DNA of 64,000 bases from positions 418,872,001-418,936,000 of the forward strand of contig OZ024740.1 of NCBI GenBank assembly GCA_964016885.1, written 5' to 3'. The notes below the pieces were generated by a model, which was not told the DNA's origin, did not search any database, and saw only the letters and a list, made by a program, of their open reading frames with translations. Source of the stretch: Eledone cirrhosa. Lineage: Eukaryota. Both the position numbers and the translations under genes were made by a program. Below are positions 54,989 through 64,000 of the stretch, piece by piece. Each line of letters begins with the position of its first letter. Positions within the stretch are counted from its first letter, which is position 1.

Positions 54989-55379
54989 AACAACTCTAGG
55001 TACCATTTTTGGACAGAATCATACTGGAGATGAGATAGGGATCTTAAGAAGCTTAGTCTTGGTAATAAACCCTAACCAGCAGCTGAGAGGTGACCCACAT
55101 CTAATGAAGATCCTGTTTATGTTGTGAGGAGGGATGCCCAAGCCAAGGAATATTTCATTATGAACTGTTAAACAATAAACAATCATAGCTGAGGTTTATT
55201 GTCAACAACTTTGCTATTTGTAAACAGGTGTTTTGTTGTGGAGAGTTGTGTCCTGAACAGAAAAAGGGATATTCTCTATCCCTGCACCCCCACCCAGATA
55301 CACACACATGTATGTGTGTCTATTTGTATACCATGACTCATACACTGTTCACTTTCCTGATATGTGTACATTATTTTAT

Positions 55380-56573
55380 ATAATAATAATAATAATGAAA
55401 TATTGTGTACAGTGCTCAGGTGCACTACAACTCATCAAAAAGTGTATGTATAGTACATAGGGTAATGTACAAATGTCAGGAAAATGATCAGTGCATGAGT
55501 CATGATATACACATGTGTGCATGTGTATGGAAAGGGTACATCAGGTGTAGTTTTGGTGTATTTCGGGAATCATGAGTGTCTTAAAGGATGCAGTGTCTCG
55601 GCAGCTAACAACTGACGCAGGCAGTTTGTTCCATGCTACAGCAAGTCTAAGCGTGAAAAAATGTTTCCGAAAGTCATGGGAGCTGTGCTGTTTTCTGATT
55701 TTGTAGGCATGTCCACGTGTGTTAGACACATGGAGATCAAAAAGGTGCTCAGGGTTGTTGTTGGCGAGATGGTTAATAACTTTGTGGGTGTTTACCAAGT
55801 CCATTGCCAGACGTTGGAGCTTCAATGAATCCATGCCCAGGGAAGCAAGGCGTTCAGAGTATGGTAGGTGTCTGATGGAGGGTATGCGCTTGGTTGCATG
55901 TCTCTGAACAGTTTCCAGGCGGTCAATGTTCTGAGCAAGATAGGGCTTCCAAACTGATGATGTGAATTCCAAGTGTGGTCGTACCATAGCTGTATACAGT
56001 TTTAAATAGATGGCTGGAGAGCGGCTAACAAAGGTCTTGCTGAGTGATGCCAAGACATCCTCGGCCTTCTTGACAATCTTAGAGACATGCAGTGTCCAAC
56101 GCAAATCGCTGCTGACAGTAATGCCCAGGTCACGTTCACAAGAGGACTTCTTGATATCAGTGTTGTGGAGGGAGTATGTGGACGCTGGATTTTTCCTCCA
56201 AAAATGCATGGTGGTACACTTGTCCACAGCCAGCTTCAGTTGCCAGTCTGTGCTCCATTGCTGCATTGTGTCCAGGTCTGATTGTAGGAAAGTGTTGTAG
56301 ATTTCAGGATCAGTCCTTTTGATTTCAAGGTACAGCTTGATGTCATCTGCATATTTCAGTACCGTGGCATTCTGTAAGTTGGCATCTATGTCATTAATAT
56401 ATGCCACAAACAAAAGGGGACCAAGAACAGATCCCTGTGGTACACCAGATGACATCTCATATGGTGAAGAATGCTGTCCTAGAACTGTGACTACCTCTTT
56501 TCGGCTGAGAATGAAGGATTTCAACCAGTCGAAAAGATCATCCCTCACACCCATTGCAGAGAGTTTTGCCATA
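55380..56573 (-). mobile_element. CR1-clade LINE, 5'-truncated
   Basis: ORF 55541..56572: SGVPQGSVLGPLLF, KYADDIKLY, ERDLGITV, VRPHLEF, WNKLP; 3'UTR ends in (TTA)n. Confidence 0.9.
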
Positions 56574-56587
56574 AGTATGTACTATAC

Positions 56588-56737
56588 TTTTCCAGCATAG
56601 TTACGTCCCTTTACAGTCTGAGTTCAAATCCCGCCGAGGTTAACTTTGCCTTTCATCCTTACGGGGTCGATAAAATAAAGTACCAGTAATGTACTAGGTA
56701 ATTGCTGGCCTTGTGCCTAAAGTAGAAACAATTATTT
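56588..56737 (+). mobile_element. 5'-truncated Nin/Deu-like SINE with 12-bp TSD
   Basis: TSD TATGTACTATAC at 56576-56587 and 56738-56749. Confidence 0.85.
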
Positions 56738-56819
56738 TATGTACTATACATGCACCTTTGATGAGTTGTAGTGCACCTGAGCACTGTACACAATAATTTT
56801 CCTTATTATTTTTATCAGA

Positions 56820-57342
56820 ATAATACCCATCCTCATACTGGAAATTGGTCCCTCCACCATATACTCCTGACCTTGCTCTTTCTGAATATCATTTCTTAGG
56901 GATTTTACAAAATAAATATTTATAGATTTAGACTAATATCATGAGGAGAGGTAAAAAAAAAAATGAGTTTGTCGTTTTTTCCATCAAAGCCTAAATAATC
57001 TTATAAATACTTCTTCTTCTCATCCCATCCTCATATCTAAGGGTCGGGGGTCATGGACTTATGGACCAGCAATCTCCATCTTTTCCTGTCTCTTGCCACT
57101 GCCGTACATTCCGCCAGATTCCTTCCTGTCCATTCCTTAATATCATCTGCCCACCTCCTTTTCTGCTGTCCCCTGGCCCTTTTCTCCTGACTACCCACAT
57201 TTATAAATACAGCATCTATATAATTGTTGACAGATGGAATAAAGTTTCCAAAGGAAATTAAAAATATAATTATGATTAAATACATCCATAAATACCATGA
57301 TATTGATTATAAAAATAAATGTTCAAACTGGACAACCCTATA
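56820..57342 (+). mobile_element. Decayed mariner transposase 3' remnant interrupted by an RTE 3' fragment
   Basis: PPYTPDLALSEYHFL (YSPDL-like motif) and FINTAS/IVDRWNKV C-terminal-like remnants; RTE piece 57011-57200 on the minus strand (RRWADDIKEW) with TSD TTATAAATAC. Confidence 0.65.
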
Positions 57343-57376
57343 ATCACAGCCTAAAATATATACACACACATATATA

Positions 57377-57455
<79 letters not shown>

Positions 57456-57711
57456 CGGCAATGAATTAGTTTTGCGAGGTTTTTGATATGAAATCGTGTG
57501 TCGAAACAAATATTGTTATACTTGGGGAGGGTCATATTTGTGTAATAATATTGCCAGAATTAATAACAGAACACATTCACTGTTTGATTGGTTTTCGCTT
57601 CTGTGTCTTTTATATTGGTTAATTTAATTATTCGGTCCTCAATGTTACCATTGACTGACCAACGGTAAAAAATACAGTTATAATATAGACACAAACACAT
57701 ATATATAGTCT

Positions 57712-57753
57712 AACAAAGTTCTTTCGTTGCACATCTGCAACATCGTCAGTGGT
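57712..57753 (-). ncRNA. Degenerate minimal hammerhead motif
   Basis: ACCA-CUGACGA-U-GUUGCA-GAUG-UGCAAC-GAAA-GAAC-UU-UGUU. Confidence 0.5.
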
Positions 57754-57882
57754 GCTATTATGTTTCTTCCTGTTGTATTGTATGCCTACGCCATCTTTAT
57801 TTAGTCTGTTTATTTAACAGTGAGTGTGTTCTGTTATTAATTCTGGCAATATTATTACACAAATATGACCCTCCCCAAGTAT

Positions 57883-57928
<46 letters not shown>

Positions 57929-58646
57929 ATAAATACATATATATACACACATAAATACATATATATATATACAAGAAGACAAGAAGGTAGTACAGCATAA
58001 TCGAAGCTCTGGTTGTGAGCAAGCTAACGGATGTTGTCGGGAAGTGCAGCCAAAAGCACTCAATAAGGAATTATACCTCAGAGTTGTAACATTACGTTTA
58101 GACAGCTATGCAAATTGAAGCCAGCGACCATAAATATATATGTATGTATCTCCAGGGAGTGTAACTTGGAGTTACTGTAGGTTCACCCGGATGAGCACTC
58201 AATGTTTAGGTTCACTTCAGTGTCGAGGTGTAGAGCTAGACAGAGTGTGGAAGCACTCCATTAACATTATAAGGGGTCTGATGAGCCGCGGATTACAGAA
58301 TAGGGTCAAATCGATACAGATCAAACTATGAGCTATTCCCTGCTTGCAAGGGTGGGACGGGAACTGATTCTGGCTTGATTTCTACAGCTGGATGCCCTTC
58401 CTAACACCAATCTCATTTTCAGTGAGTGCTGGGTGCTTCTTTGCCGTGGCACCTCCACGACCACTTTGCAGTGGAATGATATGGACCCCAGTCTCTATCA
58501 TCTCATTTCTACAGCTGAGTAAACTGGAGCAATGTTAAATAAAGTGTCTTGCTCAAGGAAACAACACATCACCCGGTCTGAGAATTGAACTCACAACCTT
58601 TCGATTGCAAGGCCAATGCTCTAACCACTAAGCCATGTGCCTCCAT

Positions 58647-58753
<107 letters not shown>

Positions 58754-58874
58754 GTATCAAGATAAGCAGAACAAGTAAAATTCAACCAATTTTTCAAAAT
58801 AAATCAAAATTAATATACAATTAAAATTAATCAAAATTAAAAAATATAATATAAATATTTACCTATTCAAATGG

Positions 58875-58952
58875 CCCTAACTGTACAGTTTCACGTTGCA
58901 AAACATTAGATATCACGTGGATATTAATGGAAAAGCAAAGATCATCAGAGAA
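58875..58952 (-). ncRNA. Degenerate hammerhead motif
   Basis: UUCU-CUGAUGA-..UUGC..GCAA..-GAAA-CUGUACAG-UU-AGGG. Confidence 0.45.
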
Positions 58953-59066
58953 GCATTTTCCTATCCTAGGGTTAAAAACCCCAGGAACGACAAAATATAT
59001 GACCTCACTCCAACTAATACAGGTCTGAAAGGTCGTGAAAGTGACCCATAAATACGTTGGTGTATA

Positions 59067-59136
<70 letters not shown>

Positions 59137-59325
59137 AAAAAAAGGAAAAGAATGCCTTCACTTGTAATTCTAAATAATTTGATTTAATTTTATATTATAA
59201 TATTATGAGTTGGTAGATCTAGTTCTACCAACTAGACTAGATCTACCAACTCATAATATTATAATATAAAATTAAATCAAATTATTTAGAATTACAAGTG
59301 AAGTCATTCTTTTCCCTTTTTTCAA

Positions 59326-59357
<32 letters not shown>

Positions 59358-59550
59358 CTATCTATTTATGTTCATACACAGAACAAAATCACTACCTAAG
59401 GTTTCAAGGTCCAAGTCTAATAATGACATTATCTCCAGAATGTAAGAGGGATCAAAATTGTAATCTAATCTTCAGGTGCTTATACAACATTATATACATA
59501 AAAAGTTTCCAATTCTACCCTGCCCGTCCCCTCAATCTTTGTTTCTTGTT

Positions 59551-59586
59551 TCTTCTGATGAAGGACTACCGTCTGAAACGTTAAGG
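59551..59586 (+). ncRNA. Minimal hammerhead motif
   Basis: UCUU-CUGAUGA-A-GGAC-UACC-GUCU-GAAA-CG-UU-AAGG. Confidence 0.55.
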
Positions 59587-59680
59587 CCCTCTTCCTTCTA
59601 TTTGAAGCATTAAACTAATATATTCATTCCATAAACTGTACCATTTGTGTTGTTATTTCTGTTATTTTAGTTTACCTTTT

Positions 59681-59783
<103 letters not shown>

Positions 59784-59870
59784 CTCTAGGGTTCTTATAA
59801 ATATTTATCCTTATTGAGCCCTCTTTGGATTTTAGTCTTCAAATTTATTATTATTACTATATATATATAT

Positions 59871-60475
59871 GGTGGCTGCCAACTCGTTTTCGAGTACGGC
59901 CACTACTTTATATCCATGTAGGAGAACCCCTACCGAAGCACTGAACGAGTGTGACTTTTTAGTCCAGCCAGCGACTTGAAACCTCTGGTACAAACACTAC
60001 ACTTGTGACAATTATTGACACATAGTGCTGGGCCCATGGTACCATGTGACGACAAGTGCAGAGAGATCTCCAGATATAAAGCAATACCTGTGCCGTGAAG
60101 CTTTTATAGTGAGCAAAGGCACTGCACAAAGCCAGTCCCACTCTCTTAACCAAGATGATATTTACCAAAAAGAAGAACAAGTCAACATCATTGGATACCA
60201 TCAGAGTTGCAGGTGTTATATCAGAGTTTTCCTTCTCCTAGAATTCTGCCTTGACAAAGGCTAAGGGGTCATCTCTCCGGGTGATTTTGGATGGCCATTT
60301 ACTCTTAAGAGCTCCTTTGCTCTTTGACAGGTTTTGTTTTTAGTCCTGCAGGATGTCCAAAGTCACCCTCCTCACCAAGAAACCTTGGTGGGGTTGCCAG
60401 TTTAGTCGCCAATGACACGACCATGAGACAGGTTGTACTGGGATACATGTTACCAGTAGCACCAACTGGTGACCT

Positions 60476-60480
<5 letters not shown>
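59871..60480 (-). mobile_element. Second copy of the bipartite RTE-derived element
   Basis: Reverse complement of 51219-51780 with small indels; (TA)n on both sides. Confidence 0.8.
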
Positions 60481-60564
<84 letters not shown>

Positions 60565-60611
60565 GTACATATATATGTATATGTATATCTATATATATGT
60601 ATATATGTATA

Positions 60612-60703
<92 letters not shown>

Positions 60704-60881
60704 AGTAAGTAAGACCCCGACGGCTGAGCTCAAGCCGTTTCGATGGCTAATTCTGTACTGTGGAATTGGATTTATATTCCTCAGTGAAATAACAACCCAA
60801 CCAGGAACTGGGCATATCAGAGTATTGACAAAGTTATACACCTCAACAACATGTGTACTCGTCTCTACCACACTAATTCGG

Positions 60882-60936
60882 ACTGCCTGAAGAGGTCACA
60901 GCCAAAGATGGCTGTCACCGAAATATATATAGCAGT
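60882..60936 (+). ncRNA. Type I hammerhead ribozyme motif, best preserved copy
   Basis: ACUGC-CUGAAGA-GGUcACAGCC(aaagau)GGCUGUcACC-GAAA-UAUAUA-UA-GCAGU, followed by AATAAA. Confidence 0.8.
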
Positions 60937-60982
60937 AATAAATGAAGCCAAATTTTAAACATTTGACTTATTTATTTCATTT

Positions 60983-61041
<59 letters not shown>

Positions 61042-61704
61042 TACATATGCTGTGCTTCCACACAGTTCTGCTCTATTATAATTTTACTCACAATATATTG
61101 ATCTGTATGACACTATAGTAGAAATCAATGTTTTGGGGTGCTATGTAGTGGGACTCCACCCAAAAACATGTGGTTGGGAAGCAAACTCCTTAAGCAGCCA
61201 TGCTTTTGCCTATATATATGTATATTCACATACTATGCACTCACACACACACAAACACTCACATATATATATTCTATTATTCTATTACGTGTTCGGGCTA
61301 AGGCTATGCTGGAGCATCCTATTGTATATATTTCTTCATTGTACTGCTTTGTTTGCTTTATTGTTTCTGTTTTCCTTTTGTATATATATATATATGGTGT
61401 CCCAAAAAATGTATACACACTTCAACAACAAGATAATCAAAGTGTATATACATTTTTGGGTCACCCTGTATCAGCCCACACTGTAAAGTGGTCGTGTAAG
61501 AGACATGTCAAAAAGCACCCAGCACACACTGTAAATGTGGTTGGCATTAGGAAGGGCAACCAACCATAGAAATCTCACCAGAAACAGTCCTATATAAGTA
61601 AGTCAGCCAACCCAACTTGCCTCTAAATGGGACAAACCCATCTAATCCATATTAGCGTGGAAAATAGACATTAAATGATGATAATGATGATATGTGTGTG
61701 TGTA

Positions 61705-62100
61705 TCATCATCATCATCATCATTTAACGTCCATCTTCCATGCTTGCATGGGTTTGGACGGGAGTTTTCCCACTTGAGGCAAGATTGGTTGTCTTGCTCG
61801 TATAGGACTGTCTGGCGGGTTTTCTACGGTTGGATGCCCTTCCTAACACCAACCACATTTATAGTGTGGACTGGGAGGTTTTTACCGTGTTACCTACATG
61901 GCCACATTACAGCGTGGACTGTGTGTTTTTTTTTCATGACACCTACACGACGTCATTTGTTTTGGACTGGATGTTGTGGTACCAACATAACTTCACATTG
62001 AAGGGGGTGGTGTGTATGGGGTGGGGGTAGTGGGACAGGGGTGTATTTTTGTTAGAGGTGCCTACTGACTGTAGGTTTCGTTTTGTACTTAGGCAAGGCG
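61705..62100 (-). mobile_element. RTE 3'UTR fragment (subfamily of the 47-51 kb element)
   Basis: Reverse complement of about 50800-51190; related copies at about 43097-43390 and 63340-63797. Confidence 0.8.
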
Positions 62101-62322
62101 TATATATATATATATATATATAACAAAGGAAATGTGGTAAGGAACCAGGTGGACCATAATACACCAAAGTACTCAATACTTAGGGTAGTAGAGTGGGTAA
62201 TAGGAATGAGTAGGACCCTGATGGCTGAGCTCAAGCCGTTTCGACGGCTAATTCTGTGTCCAGAATTAGCCGTCGAAACGGCTTGAGCTCAACCGTCGGG
62301 GTCCTACTCGTTCCTATATATA

Positions 62323-63190
62323 TCATCATCATCATCATCATCATCACCGTTTTACGTCCGTTCTTCCACGCTAGCATGGGTTAGACGGGTTGTCCTGTTG
62401 TGGGCAGTGTCTGGTCGGCTGACCATGCCTTGCTCATACAGGAACTGATCTGGCTTGATTTCTACAGCTGGATGCCCTTCCTAACACCAACCTCATTTAC
62501 AGTGAGTGCTGGGTGCTTTTTCGTGGCGCCTACACGTCCACTTTACAGTGTGGGCTGGGTGCTTTTTTGCCGTGGCACCTCCACGACCACCTTGCGGTGG
62601 GGGGGGGGGAGGCATATTGTTTATATGCTTCAGCATGTACCCATGGGAGGTCGGGTACCCTGTATTACTGCGTGACGCCAGAAGTCACGGTCGTGTGTCA
62701 TTGACTTTGAGAGGTGTAGTTGGGTAAGGTCGGCTTTTATCACCTCATCCCAAGTCATCTTGGGTCTCCCCACTCCGCGGTTTCCATCAACTTCTAGTGC
62801 TCTGCACCTTTTTATGCAGCTGTCATCCTTCATACGCATCACATGTCCATACCAGCGTAACCGCCTCTCCTGCACGCAGCATTTGATTCCTCTTATGCTC
62901 AGTCTCTCTCTCAATTCATTTATGCTTTGTCGTTCACGTATATTACTGTTACACATCCATCGGAGCATGCAGGCTTCGTTTCTCTCTAATCTACGTAAGT
63001 CTTCCACCTTCAGCGCCCAGGTCTCACTACCATGCAACATCGCTGTTCGGATACACGCATCATACAGTCTGCCTTTCATTCTGAGGGAGAAGCCTTTTGC
63101 AGCTAGCAGTGGTAGTAGTTCCCTAAACTTCTTCCATCCCGTTCTTACCCTAGTTATTGTACTTTCTGAGCACCCACCTCCGTTGCTAAT
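62323..63190 (-). mobile_element. RTE LINE 3' fragment
   Basis: ORF 62630..63079 plus 3'UTR and (GAT)n tail. Confidence 0.9.
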
Positions 63191-63192
63191 TC

Positions 63193-63239
<47 letters not shown>

Positions 63240-63795
63240 TAATGAAAATTATTATGTACAGTGCTTAGGTGCATATATATATATATATATATATATATGC
63301 ACCTAAGCATATATACATATATATATATATATCATCATTATCATCATCTTCGTTTAACGTCCATTTTCCACGCTAGCATGGGTTAGACGGGAGTTGTCCC
63401 ACTTGAGGCAAGGCTGGTCGGGTGACCGTGTCTCGCTCATATAGGACTATCTGGCAGGTTTTCTACGGCTGGATGCCCTTCCTAACACCAATCACATTTA
63501 CAGTGTGGAACTGGGAACTTTTTACCGTGTTACCTACACGGCCACATTACAGCGTGGTCTGTGTGTGTTTCTTGTTGTGACATCTACACGATCTCGATCT
63601 CATTTTCTCGTGCTGTTGGTGGGAGTGGGAGGATAGGGTAGGGGTAGTGGATTGGGGCGTATATTTGGTTAAGAGGTGCCTACTGACTGTAGGTTTCACT
63701 TTGTACATAGGCAAGGCGGGTCTTCAGTATTACTGCGTAGCGCCAAAGATCTCGGTCCAGAGACATTGTCTTAGAGAGGTGCAAGTGGGTGAGGT

Positions 63796-63846
<51 letters not shown>

Positions 63847-64000
63847 TATACATATATAGTATGATAAACGCACCCAGTACACTCTGTAAAATGGTCAATA
63901 ATAGGAAGGAAATTTAGATGTAGAAAACCTGCCAAACAAAAGGTAGGAAGGTTCTTTAGATGTATCAAAGATATGCCAATCTGCCTAGTGTTGGTGCCAT

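Overview
AT-rich, repeat-dominated eukaryotic genomic DNA with no prokaryotic features. The mix of SINEs, LINEs and microsatellites resembles a coleoid cephalopod (Octopus-like) genome; this is an inference. No intact host gene is visible, only a few candidate short exons (best: 42128-42256). Retrotransposons: a Tx1/L1-clade LINE, three R4/Dong-type RLE retrotransposons nested in (TAA)n, a near-full-length RTE LINE with an inserted PHD-like finger plus many RTE 3' fragments, a CR1 fragment and many tRNA-derived SINEs. DNA transposons: piggyBac-, hAT- and Tc1/mariner-type MITEs. There are also several mini- and microsatellites. The most interesting signals are RNA structures. (i) Six or seven sequence-unrelated minimal type I hammerhead ribozyme motifs lie in short (TA)n-anchored, often fold-back modules, as expected for Penelope-like or retrozyme-like remnants. 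(ii) A conserved, covarying structured RNA sits at the exact 5' end of three RTE-related non-autonomous elements; it only partly fits the HDV-like fold and is a candidate atypical self-cleaving ribozyme. All folds and alignments were read by eye and need computational and biochemical confirmation.
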